A stretch of DNA of 64,000 bases, taken from the IMG/VR virus record IMGVR_UViG_3300032235_001020, positions 20,981 to 84,980 of that record; one strand, 5' to 3'. This document shows positions 50,385-58,522 of the stretch, in pieces. This DNA is from a virus. Each line of letters begins with the position of its first letter. The first letter of the stretch is position 1. The position numbers and the translations under genes were made by a program. A model generated the notes under the pieces. It ran no database searches, was not told where the DNA came from, and was given only the letters and a program-made list of their open reading frames with translations.

Positions 50385-50675
50385 ATGGCAAATCTGCCGC
50401 CCAACCTGCCTGCTCACTTCAATCCGGTTGCCACTCAATTGAGGGCAGGCACCGCGGTTGCCCAGGTTCAGCAGTCACTCCAGCAAGAAGAAACGCGCCA
50501 AGGCGTGCGCGAGGAAGCCCGGGAAGTTGCCGCCAATGCGCTCGTTCAGCGAGCCAAGAAGGCGGTACAACTGGCCGTTGTTCAGCAGGGTAGTGGTGAT
50601 CCTCGTGACACCCTCCCCGGCCTGACAGCTATCGCTGATCGCCCTGAGCTGCTGAATAACATCGGCCTCGGATGA
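50385..50675 (+). CDS. Hypothetical protein
   Basis: AAGGAGGA ribosome-binding site upstream. Confidence 0.7.
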   Translation: MANLPPNLPAHFNPVATQLRAGTAVAQVQQSLQQEETRQGVREEAREVAANALVQRAKKAVQLAVVQQGSGDPRDTLPGLTAIADRPELLNNIGLG

Positions 50676-50711
50676 GCCCCGGCTAGATTAGGTTTACTGC
50701 GTCAGACGTGA

Positions 50712-51035
50712 ATGCGTTTAGCGGGTAGCCCTGAGCTGTTTGATGCCCTGGTTCGGCAATACGCCGGCCGGGGCATTCCTCGTGGGGCATCTCAGCACCT
50801 GGCGGCAGAGACGGTGACCGGCGGGGATTCAGTTGAGACCCGGCTGGATGCGTTCTTCGGGCTGTATGAACTCCTGCAGTCCAAGGGCTACAGCGAATCA
50901 GCAGCACAGCACCTGGCTGTCGAAATGATGGAAGGGCGCGAGCCCATGGCGCAGTCAACGCTTCGCTACGCAGGAGTTTATGGCGATTCACCCGCAGACG
51001 CTGGGATTGGCGACTCGGCTGATCGAGGAATTTGA
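50712..51035 (+). CDS. Hypothetical protein with duplicated A(S/A)QHLA(A/V)E motif
   Basis: N-terminal RLAG, C-terminal RYAG; TAGATT at 50684-50689. Confidence 0.7.
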   Translation: MRLAGSPELFDALVRQYAGRGIPRGASQHLAAETVTGGDSVETRLDAFFGLYELLQSKGYSESAAQHLAVEMMEGREPMAQSTLRYAGVYGDSPADAGIGDSADRGI

Positions 51036-52146
51036 AGGGATTGAACTCGAGGCCTATCTCGATCCCGTCGGCATTCCAACGATCTGCGCTGGTCTGACCC
51101 GTTATCCGAACGGGGAACCCGTGCGCATGGGCGACCAGTGCGACCACAGGATCTGCAAGGCGCACCTCCAGGAACTACTGAAATCACAGTTCGTGCCTGC
51201 GATGGAGTGCATTCCTGGCTGGGATCGACTGGGCCCACAGCGACAGTCTGTCTTGCTGAGCTTTGCCTGGAACCTGGGCGCCATGTTCTACGGCAGTGCA
51301 GGATTTGAATCGATCACGCGTGTACTGCGGGAAGGCGCAGTGAAGGCCGAGCAATACAGACAGATGCCTCAGGCTCTTAGCCTTTATGTCAAGGCAGGGG
51401 GTAGAACACTGCCAGGACTGGTTAATCGCCGCCACCGCGAAGGTGAGATCTGGCAACGAGAGGATGACGGCACCATGAAGTTCATCGCACAGCAGGACAC
51501 CCTGCTCAAGAAGGCGCCGATCGACGGCCATTACTTGTCGGAAGCAGGCAAGAAGCCAGTCAGCAAAGGCGAATTGCTGGCAGTCAGCAAGCTGGACGAG
51601 ATTCCAGGCGACAGTCATGCATGGGTGACACTGCATGGATCTGGCGAACGGTGGGTGCTGTTCACGCCGCACTGGCTCGAGGAGCGTGCCAAGCCAGCGC
51701 CAGCCCCCTCTAGTGCGATCAACTGGAGCGACTTTGCCTGCCCAGTGGGCAAGTACGTCACGGTCGGCGAGGTCCTGCAGTACGACGCTCGCCGGGCGCC
51801 TAAGGCCGGCAGTGCCGAGGAGAAGGCCATCATCGAGGTCTGCCGGCAGTTCGATGCGATCCGCACGGCATGGGCCGGTCCACTGGGCATCACCAGCGGC
51901 TACCGCCCAGAGCCGATCAATAGCCAGGTGGGCGGGGTGCCGGGCAGCTACCACGTCAAGGGCATGGCCTTGGACATCTATCCCATTGGCGAATCACTGC
52001 AGAAGTTCCACGAATGGCTGGTGCAGCGATGGAGCGGCGGTTACGGCGACGGGCGTCCGCGCGGATTCATTCACATCGATACTCGCAATGGAGGCAAGTT
52101 CACTGCACGTGCTGGAGTAAAGCCATCTGCAATTTGGGATTACTGA
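50980..52146 (+). CDS. Endolysin: GH24 lysozyme + peptidase M15A
   Basis: EEFEG...AYLDPVGIPTI...LPGLVNRR; TSGYRP...VGG...SYHVKGMALDI...FIHIDTR. Confidence 0.92.
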   Translation: MAIHPQTLGLATRLIEEFEGIELEAYLDPVGIPTICAGLTRYPNGEPVRMGDQCDHRICKAHLQELLKSQFVPAMECIPGWDRLGPQRQSVLLSFAWNLGAMFYGSAGFESITRVLREGAVKAEQYRQMPQALSLYVKAGGRTLPGLVNRRHREGEIWQREDDGTMKFIAQQDTLLKKAPIDGHYLSEAGKKPVSKGELLAVSKLDEIPGDSHAWVTLHGSGERWVLFTPHWLEERAKPAPAPSSAINWSDFACPVGKYVTVGEVLQYDARRAPKAGSAEEKAIIEVCRQFDAIRTAWAGPLGITSGYRPEPINSQVGGVPGSYHVKGMALDIYPIGESLQKFHEWLVQRWSGGYGDGRPRGFIHIDTRNGGKFTARAGVKPSAIWDY

Positions 52147-52190
52147 GCTCGTTAGACTTGATCTAACGCATAGACATCTGGCGAGCACAA

Positions 52191-52640
52191 ATGGCCGTCA
52201 TCAGCAAGATCAACCGCCGTGGGATCAACGGAAAGCAGGTGATCACGGGCCCCGGTCAGCTGATCGGCCCGAAGTCTGGCGATACCAAGAGTGACTTCTC
52301 CCGGCTGAGCGGGATTCAAGGTTCCGTCGACCAGTACGAGATCACCACGGGATCAGGCACCAGCGCTGGTAATTACACCGTCACACTGCGGCCCTTTAGC
52401 GAGAATGGTTTTACGGCCTCGCACCGCGCCGTTGGAGACGTAGCAGTTCTGCGTCAGATCAACGGCGTTGCAGCACCCACGGCGGCGATCAACTGCCTGA
52501 GCCGCAAGCGCCCCGCGCGGGGTACGGCAACGGTGACACTCGGACCCTTCACGGTGCTGGCAGGAGACCGGCTCTGGGTCGTGATCGAGCACAAGGACCA
52601 CTCGACCCTGAAGTATCAGGTCGAAGTCGATTTCGTCTGA
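52191..52640 (+). CDS. Hypothetical beta-rich structural protein
   Basis: TAGACT at 52153-52158 upstream. Confidence 0.65.
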   Translation: MAVISKINRRGINGKQVITGPGQLIGPKSGDTKSDFSRLSGIQGSVDQYEITTGSGTSAGNYTVTLRPFSENGFTASHRAVGDVAVLRQINGVAAPTAAINCLSRKRPARGTATVTLGPFTVLAGDRLWVVIEHKDHSTLKYQVEVDFV

Positions 52641-52649
52641 TAACTGCCG

Positions 52650-52781
52650 TTACTTGCCTTGGCCGCGCTTGAGCTTGCGGCCATGGCTGGCTTTACTGCG
52701 ACGACCGTTGCCTTGGCGGGTCATCTTTTCGATCGGGTCCTTGTGGATGGCGCAGGTCGGCGATTTCTTGGGTTTGACCAT
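52650..52781 (-). CDS. 43-aa basic peptide (TRQGNGRRSK...RGQGK family; absent from the ORF track)
   Basis: MVKPKKSPTCAIHKDPIEKMTRQGNGRRSKASHGRKLKRGQGK; TGATG-coupled. Confidence 0.75.
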   Translation of the reverse strand: MVKPKKSPTCAIHKDPIEKMTRQGNGRRSKASHGRKLKRGQGK

Positions 52782-53197
52782 CAGACCAGACGGATCGCAA
52801 GTGCGCCGGCGTTGAATTGGACGGTGTCACCAGCGACGACGTCAACGGAAGTGGTGAGCTGACCGGATGCCAGGAAGTTGCCGCCAGTGACGGCATCCCA
52901 CACGCCGAAGTAAGTCACCGTGGCGCCAGCGGCCGCGTTGGTGGTGATCTGAACCGAATTATTGTTCGTGATCTGGAATCCGCCACCCGGGGCGGAGCCG
53001 ACAGTGCTGAACGTAGAGGTCGTCACACTGGTGCGGTTGGCACTGCCGGTGATCGTGGACTGGACGTTGTTACTGGTCCCAGCGGTACCGGGATCGCCGG
53101 AATGGAGGCTGACAAATACAGTCGACAGTGCCGTGGGGAATGTCGTGCCTTTCACCCAAACCAGGATTTTATCGGCCAGATACTGGGAAAACGCCAT
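52781..53197 (-). CDS. Phage structural protein (tail/decoration type)
   Basis: FSQYLADKIL...LHSGDPG...VTYFGVWDAVTGGNFL. Confidence 0.8.
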   Translation of the reverse strand: MAFSQYLADKILVWVKGTTFPTALSTVFVSLHSGDPGTAGTSNNVQSTITGSANRTSVTTSTFSTVGSAPGGGFQITNNNSVQITTNAAAGATVTYFGVWDAVTGGNFLASGQLTTSVDVVAGDTVQFNAGALAIRLV

Positions 53198-53257
53198 GTC
53201 CTCGTTGGACCACTCGCGGGCAATGGAATGATTCTAGGAAGAGCGAGTGATGCCCTA

Positions 53258-54058
53258 TTAGTAACCGTAGCCGCCGCCATACGGTGCTTCGCTGCTGAGC
53301 GTTCCTTGAGATTGATCGCCCCCGCTGGCAACTCCTCTGAGCTTCCAATTCATCATCAGACGGCCAGTAGGCACCATGATGCCGGCGGCAACCCCGCGCA
53401 TAATCGAAAGAGTCAGGGTTGGCGTTGCAGTACCCCCTGCAGGGCCTTGCGCCTTCTTGATCACGCTGGGCCGAAGGAGGGCCCCCTCCAGTGGAGCACT
53501 GCCCCGGGCGGGCGCGATGACCTTGACCAGTGGAATACGCCCGCCGGGAACAAAGGCTCCCTGGGCGGCACCATTCAAGAGTGCGTACCGCCCGACGGAG
53601 ACCGTAATCGCAAAGGGAATGCGCTGCCACTGACTGCTGGCAACCGTGATGTAATAGGTCCCCGCTGGTAAGCCCAGCAGGTTTTCGTACGCTTCTGTGC
53701 CGTAGACGTCGCACTCGGTTGCGTAGCCGCTGGCATCCATCTGAATTGGCTTGCGCTCGCCATCGAGAATGCCAACACTGACGAACCGGTCGGTGCTGGC
53801 GCCGCTGGCGCGCTTGCGGACACTGAGCTCGACGCGTCGCGGCAGGGACACCTTGAAGAACAGAGTGTTGCTGCCGGCTTCTGATCCGATCTCACCAGCG
53901 AGATCCGCAACAAGGATGTCCGTCTCGCCGAGATCGCGAGATTTGCTGATGGAGTTGTACTTGACGTAGTACGGCCGAAGATACGATGGCAGCGTCGAGT
54001 CACTGCCGCCGTAGCTAGATCGAATGCTCTCGTAGGACTGGGTCTGGGATAGTGCCAT
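53258..54058 (-). CDS. Structural protein with PPC-like beta-sandwich
   Basis: LPAGTYYITVAS motif. Confidence 0.65.
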   Translation of the reverse strand: MALSQTQSYESIRSSYGGSDSTLPSYLRPYYVKYNSISKSRDLGETDILVADLAGEIGSEAGSNTLFFKVSLPRRVELSVRKRASGASTDRFVSVGILDGERKPIQMDASGYATECDVYGTEAYENLLGLPAGTYYITVASSQWQRIPFAITVSVGRYALLNGAAQGAFVPGGRIPLVKVIAPARGSAPLEGALLRPSVIKKAQGPAGGTATPTLTLSIMRGVAAGIMVPTGRLMMNWKLRGVASGGDQSQGTLSSEAPYGGGYGY

Positions 54059-54222
54059 CAGAGTTCATAGATGCGGCACTCTTCGGCCCAGGGGTTCTCG
54101 TGGCAGAAATTGAGGAACTTGCGCCGCATGCCGGAGTCCAGTGGATCGGCGACCTCATCCGGCCGCGCGCCGGTGTAGTCGGAGTCCAGCGTCTGGTCTT
54201 CGGGGGCTCCTTGCTGAGCCAT
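54058..54222 (-). CDS. cp12: Mini CP12-like protein, C-terminal motif only (absent from the ORF track)
   Basis: MAQQGAPEDQTLDSDYTGARPDEVADPLDSGMRRKFLNFCHENPWAEECRIYEL; the C-x8-C-R-I-Y-E end is the CP12 signature. Confidence 0.8.
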   Translation of the reverse strand: MAQQGAPEDQTLDSDYTGARPDEVADPLDSGMRRKFLNFCHENPWAEECRIYEL

Positions 54223-54228
54223 ATAATG

Positions 54229-54429
54229 CCCGCCAGGGATGACGCAATGCTACTCAATACGCGGATCCCGAATATGTGACAGCTATCCGGAATGCGAGTA
54301 CCAGGCGCCGCCGCACGCTGATCAGACGCACGGCGGTTCACTCACCAGCTCGGAGAAACGGCAAAAATCCGAGCTCCTGGAAAATAGACCCCTGCCGCCG
54401 TTCTTCTTCGGGGTCGCTACCGAAATAGC
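54229..54429 (-). ncRNA. Candidate ~200-nt structured RNA with kissing loops
   Basis: UUCG hairpin, six further helices, 9-bp loop-loop complementarity, TAGCGT -10 box 6 nt upstream. Confidence 0.6.
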
Positions 54430-54438
54430 AGAGTTACG

Positions 54439-54999
54439 CTAACGCCTCAGAGTTGGCAGCTTGCAGCGGGGAATGAGCTGCCTGAGGTCCTGAATGAGGT
54501 CATCTGCGTAGATGCCCTGAAACTCGAGGCGGCCTTTCTGCACCAATGACGGCAGGTAGCCAAGGCCCCGCACCCACTCCTGCAGATGCTGCGTTTCCTC
54601 GAGGTTGGCCCAGGAGCGTAAGACGACCTTGCGGCGCGAGGCGGTACCGGTGTCACACCACAAAGCAGCAAGACCCTGCATGCCGACGATCTGGAGGATC
54701 TCAGGCGTCAGGCGGCGCTCGTCTCTGAAGAAGAGCAGGTCATAGACGCGATACAGGTCAGGGCTATGGACGCGAATGCGCCGGTCGTCGTAGAAGCCAT
54801 CGGCCTGGATGATGTCCGAGACCGCCTCGAGCTTGCCGTCATGCGCCTTGTGGAGCATGCGCAGTTGGTGGTTCAAGTACGTCAGGTCGGTCTCCCGGCG
54901 CTTGATCTCGAGCCACGGCCGCTTCTTCACCCCCTTCAGGCCAATCGTCCCGCGTCCCAAGCAGTAACTCAGTGCGAGCGCTACGAATGAGGCTGACAT
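54439..54999 (-). CDS. LAGLIDADG-fold protein with degenerate motifs
   Basis: LALSYCLGRGTI and GLAALWCDTG helices at LAGLIDADG_2 spacing. Confidence 0.7.
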   Translation of the reverse strand: MSASFVALALSYCLGRGTIGLKGVKKRPWLEIKRRETDLTYLNHQLRMLHKAHDGKLEAVSDIIQADGFYDDRRIRVHSPDLYRVYDLLFFRDERRLTPEILQIVGMQGLAALWCDTGTASRRKVVLRSWANLEETQHLQEWVRGLGYLPSLVQKGRLEFQGIYADDLIQDLRQLIPRCKLPTLRR

Positions 55000-55609
55000 C
55001 CCAGACTTCCTCTTTGAATAGGTGAATGCGACTCGCCGGTGCGTAGGGCAGTAGGGCCTTGCGGATCTTGCTGGCCTCTCGCTTCTGAAAACGCAGGCGA
55101 GGCTGGATGTGGGTATCGGCCAGGGTTGCCTCGGCGCCGGTCAAGACGCCAATCCACTGGCAGACCCGCAGAGCCTCATCGAAGGATTTGCCGACCCGCG
55201 CCAGGTCGACATAGCCCTCTAGATGGGGGCGGGCCCCCTCAGCCCAGAGCCAGGCAGCAGCTTGAGCGCCGAGCATGTCGAGCGCGGTCTGGCTGATCTC
55301 ACGCTCGCCAGTTGGGTAGAGCAGGTTGTAGACAGGGCGAAGGCGGGTCGATGAAACCCGGAAGCGCAGCACCGACGTGCTCTTGCCGTTGGCGCGTGGC
55401 TTGGTTTTGTAGTGAACAATCTGCGCCTGTGTCGGCACAAATTGACGGAATTCGGCGACCTTCTCCTCGAGAAACGCGGACTCCGCTGCGCCGGCTGTCA
55501 GCGTGAGCTGGATATATCCCCCTCCAGGACTGCGATATGGCACCAGGCTGCCATCGGCGAGTAGCAAACTGAGCAGACCCCGGACGTCTGTGGCGTCCAA
55601 CTTTTTCAC
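54839..55609 (-). CDS. Double-motif LAGLIDADG endonuclease-like protein
   Basis: LLSLLLADGSL and AAAWLWAEGA; YNLLYPTGERE; start GTG 55609. Confidence 0.82.
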   Translation of the reverse strand: MKKLDATDVRGLLSLLLADGSLVPYRSPGGGYIQLTLTAGAAESAFLEEKVAEFRQFVPTQAQIVHYKTKPRANGKSTSVLRFRVSSTRLRPVYNLLYPTGEREISQTALDMLGAQAAAWLWAEGARPHLEGYVDLARVGKSFDEALRVCQWIGVLTGAEATLADTHIQPRLRFQKREASKIRKALLPYAPASRIHLFKEEVWDVSLIRSARTELLLGTRDDWPEGGEEAAVARDQAPGDRPDVLEPPTAHAPQGA

Positions 55610-55690
55610 ACTACGAGACTGTTTTATAGTAAGCCCCAGGAGGCGCCTTGCGTGCCTTCTCGCACACTTGTCGCTCGGACATTTCATCCC

Positions 55691-56833
55691 ATGTGGATTG
55701 ACAATGACTTTCCGAAGCTGCTAGGTGCCGAGCTTTATCGACCCCATCCCTCGTACATCGTGGAGATGGCGGTCGAGCCCGTGGTTGTGCACGACTTCGC
55801 CAAGCAACCCGGCCAGACTGTTCAGCTTGATCGCTACCGCTTCTGGGGTGCCCCTGGCACTAAGGACAGCCGTGAGCGCACTGCTGATCAGACTCTCGGC
55901 ACTGCATCTTCGCGCTCGATCGTGAAGGATAAGGTGCTGGTGAACCTCAAGGAGTACACCGGCCCCGCTGATCCGACCGATACTTCCGCCCCCTCCACCT
56001 TCAAGGTGGCCCGGGAAACCCTGCTGACTGCCCAGCGCCTGCTGCTGGACACCGGCAACCTGAATGTTTTCCACCAGTCGATCGGTTCGCTGACCCTGCT
56101 GGATGACTATCGCCGCTGGCGCGACCGCGTCTTCGCCGACGAGCTGTTCAAAGCCGAAGCCAACGGTCTGGCTGACAGCACCAAGGGTGGTTACTTCTAC
56201 CCCCTGAAGAAGGCCAAGGCAGCTTCTGCTCCCTTCCTGAGCTACACGGCTGGCGAGTCCGCCAAGTTCGATGTCAAGACCGACCTCCTCGAGGTCGTGA
56301 AGGACATGCGCAAGCGGAACGTCCCCACCTTCGCTGACGGTTACTACCGTTGCATCGCGGATCCCACCGCAATGATGCACCTGCGCCAGAACGACGCGTT
56401 CCGTGAGATCGCTCGTTACGCAGGCAACGGCATGGTCAACCCCATGCAGCCCGAACTGGCCCCCAACGCCAGCTTCTTCCGTGGCATGGGCCCCGCCTAT
56501 GGCCAGGCCGGCTTCGTCGCAGGTCAGCCTGTGATGCCCTCGGGCTTCCTCTTTGAGGGCGTCCGCTGGTTCGAGTCGACCAACCTTCCCGAGAAGTCAC
56601 TGCAAGTGACCATCGCCGACGCGTCGATCACCTCGACCGTCACCACTGCTGCCCCCATGCTGTTCTTCGGCCCTCAGGCCGTGGGCGTGGGCATCGGCGG
56701 CAACAACGCTCAGATCCTGCTGAATAACAACGACGATTTCAGTCGTTTTATCATCATGATTTGGTCGCTCTTCGCCGGTTTCGAGATCCTGAACAAGGAC
56801 TTCGTGACCGTGGCCTACTCGTTCGTGTACTGA
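55691..56833 (+). CDS. Major capsid protein (N4-gp56-like)
   Basis: MWIDNDFPKLLGAELYRPHP...QPGQTVQLDRY...FEGVRWFES; strongly biased codon usage; TATAGT at 55625-55630. Confidence 0.88.
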   Translation: MWIDNDFPKLLGAELYRPHPSYIVEMAVEPVVVHDFAKQPGQTVQLDRYRFWGAPGTKDSRERTADQTLGTASSRSIVKDKVLVNLKEYTGPADPTDTSAPSTFKVARETLLTAQRLLLDTGNLNVFHQSIGSLTLLDDYRRWRDRVFADELFKAEANGLADSTKGGYFYPLKKAKAASAPFLSYTAGESAKFDVKTDLLEVVKDMRKRNVPTFADGYYRCIADPTAMMHLRQNDAFREIARYAGNGMVNPMQPELAPNASFFRGMGPAYGQAGFVAGQPVMPSGFLFEGVRWFESTNLPEKSLQVTIADASITSTVTTAAPMLFFGPQAVGVGIGGNNAQILLNNNDDFSRFIIMIWSLFAGFEILNKDFVTVAYSFVY

Positions 56834-56849
56834 TAGGAGGTATCGAACT

Positions 56850-57491
56850 ATGGCTAAGAAGATCTATCCCGGCAACTACGTCAACCGCCTGAGCTCCTAC
56901 CAGGGCCAGCCCGCGGTTTGCCTGCCCGGCCGTGTGTACTACCACATCACTGGCTACGCCCTGGTTACCGCCACTGGCGGCACCAGCTTCGATGTGATCA
57001 TCCCCTCGCCTGATAAGCGAGCCGATGACCGCCCCCGTGCTGACATCACCGGCCTGATCCTGCCCGCAGGTGCTTGCGTCTATGACGTGGGCATTCGCGT
57101 GCCTGACATGCGCAAGGACCGCGGCGTGGGTACCGCCTTCACTGGCCTGGTTGGTACTGCTACCAACCGGATCAAGCTGGCAGACGCTCTCGCCAACGAC
57201 GACGTCATCACCACCGGCACGCTGTCGACCCCGAGCGCAAGCATCGTGGTTGCAGCTAACGGCTCCGTGGCCCCTGCTGCGGCAACCAAGACTTCGGTCA
57301 CCCCGGTTGTCCTGGCTGCAGCTGAAACCCTGCGGGTCTACGTGACCAACAGCACCGGCACCGCTGCCGGCTCGACCCTGACCTCCAGCCTGACTGGTGG
57401 CACCCCCATCATCTGCGAGGTGGCTTACTACCTTGACGATGCCGTGGCCGAGCTGAATGACGTGAGCCTCCCCTACATCACCGAGTCCTGA
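56850..57491 (+). CDS. Capsid decoration / minor structural protein
   Basis: AGGAGG ribosome-binding site; follows the major capsid gene; Thr/Ala-rich. Confidence 0.7.
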   Translation: MAKKIYPGNYVNRLSSYQGQPAVCLPGRVYYHITGYALVTATGGTSFDVIIPSPDKRADDRPRADITGLILPAGACVYDVGIRVPDMRKDRGVGTAFTGLVGTATNRIKLADALANDDVITTGTLSTPSASIVVAANGSVAPAAATKTSVTPVVLAAAETLRVYVTNSTGTAAGSTLTSSLTGGTPIICEVAYYLDDAVAELNDVSLPYITES

Positions 57492-57523
57492 ACTCTGTGA
57501 TCCGAGGGTTTGTCCCTACAATG

Positions 57524-57554
57524 AGGGCGTCTGTTTGAACAGGCGCCCTTTTTT
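57524..57554 (+). terminator. Terminator after the capsid operon
   Basis: AGGGCGTCTGTT/AACAGGCGCCCT stem + T-run. Confidence 0.85.
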
Positions 57555-57565
57555 GTCTGTGCGTT

Positions 57566-57997
57566 ATGGCGCTGTACCAGAACACCAAGAACGGTCAGAT
57601 CGTTGAGTTCATCGCCCACCACGACAAGGACTGGGCCATGATCCGCAATTCCGCCGGCGCGGTGCAATATCTCGCCCTCGCCGACCTTGCTGCTTACGAG
57701 CCTGGCAAGGGTCGTGTTGGCGATGGCCCGAAGCCGCAGTCTGCCGAGCAGTCTGTCGATGAGGATTCAGTACCCGAGAGCGTGATCCCGGTGGATACTC
57801 GCTTGAACATCAACACCGCTTCCGCCGAGGCAATTGCCAAGGTCGTCAAGGGCATTGGCTACAGCACAGCCAAGAAGATTGTGGAGCTGCGCCTGAGCCT
57901 GTCCGGTGAGCGCTTCACGAACCTGGACCAACTCAAGCGGATTGGCCGTGTGGATTGGGACGAGGTAATCGGAGCTGATCTGATCTACGTCGGCTGA
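57566..57997 (+). CDS. Helix-hairpin-helix (ComEA-like) DNA-binding protein
   Basis: LNINTASAEAI...KGIGYSTAKKIVELR...FTNLDQL. Confidence 0.85.
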   Translation: MALYQNTKNGQIVEFIAHHDKDWAMIRNSAGAVQYLALADLAAYEPGKGRVGDGPKPQSAEQSVDEDSVPESVIPVDTRLNINTASAEAIAKVVKGIGYSTAKKIVELRLSLSGERFTNLDQLKRIGRVDWDEVIGADLIYVG

Positions 57998-58033
57998 GAA
58001 TCCTAGAATCAGTCAAGGTCGGCGGTCAGTCCA

Positions 58034-58519
58034 ATCGAACTCAACGATTACGACAAAAGCCGTTGTCGCTTTCACCTCGGCTACAACGTCGGGGCCAACT
58101 TGCCGGCGGGTGACATTGCCCGCCTCGAGGAAGCGATGGCTCGCGTACCCGATAGCTATTTCTATAGCCGGATAATCGAGCATCTAGATCGCTGCGACAA
58201 GGCCTACCGGATTTCTCAGATCTTCAGGGTCGAGGATCAGCCCCAGCCGAGCCGCATTGAGCGCATCACTGGGGATACAGATCGCGCGATCTATCAGTCC
58301 GACCCCCTTAAGGCGGCCAAGGACTACCGGGAGGTCTACCTGCGGGAGGTGGACCTACTGGCTGAAACCCTCTACGTGGCGAACTATCGCCGCGAAGAGG
58401 TCCGTCGCTACGCCTTTGAGCGCGGTGGCGTGGAATTCATCATGGCCGTCCCGGGGCCAGCAGACACAGCCGTGGGCACTCGCATCGCCCAGGCGACAGG
58501 TTCCATGAACTGGAGGTAG
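58034..58519 (+). CDS. Probable head-tail adaptor; N-terminus extends to an ATC codon
   Basis: In-frame (I/M)ELNDYDKSRCRFHLGY upstream of the called TTG. Confidence 0.6.
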   Translation: MELNDYDKSRCRFHLGYNVGANLPAGDIARLEEAMARVPDSYFYSRIIEHLDRCDKAYRISQIFRVEDQPQPSRIERITGDTDRAIYQSDPLKAAKDYREVYLREVDLLAETLYVANYRREEVRRYAFERGGVEFIMAVPGPADTAVGTRIAQATGSMNWR

Positions 58520-58522
58520 ACC

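Noticed and set aside
54229-55609. Group I intron or intein hosting the LAGLIDADG ORFs
   Set aside because: No interrupted host gene, no recognisable P7 core sequences and no intein terminal residues; the capsid gene is intact on the other strand.
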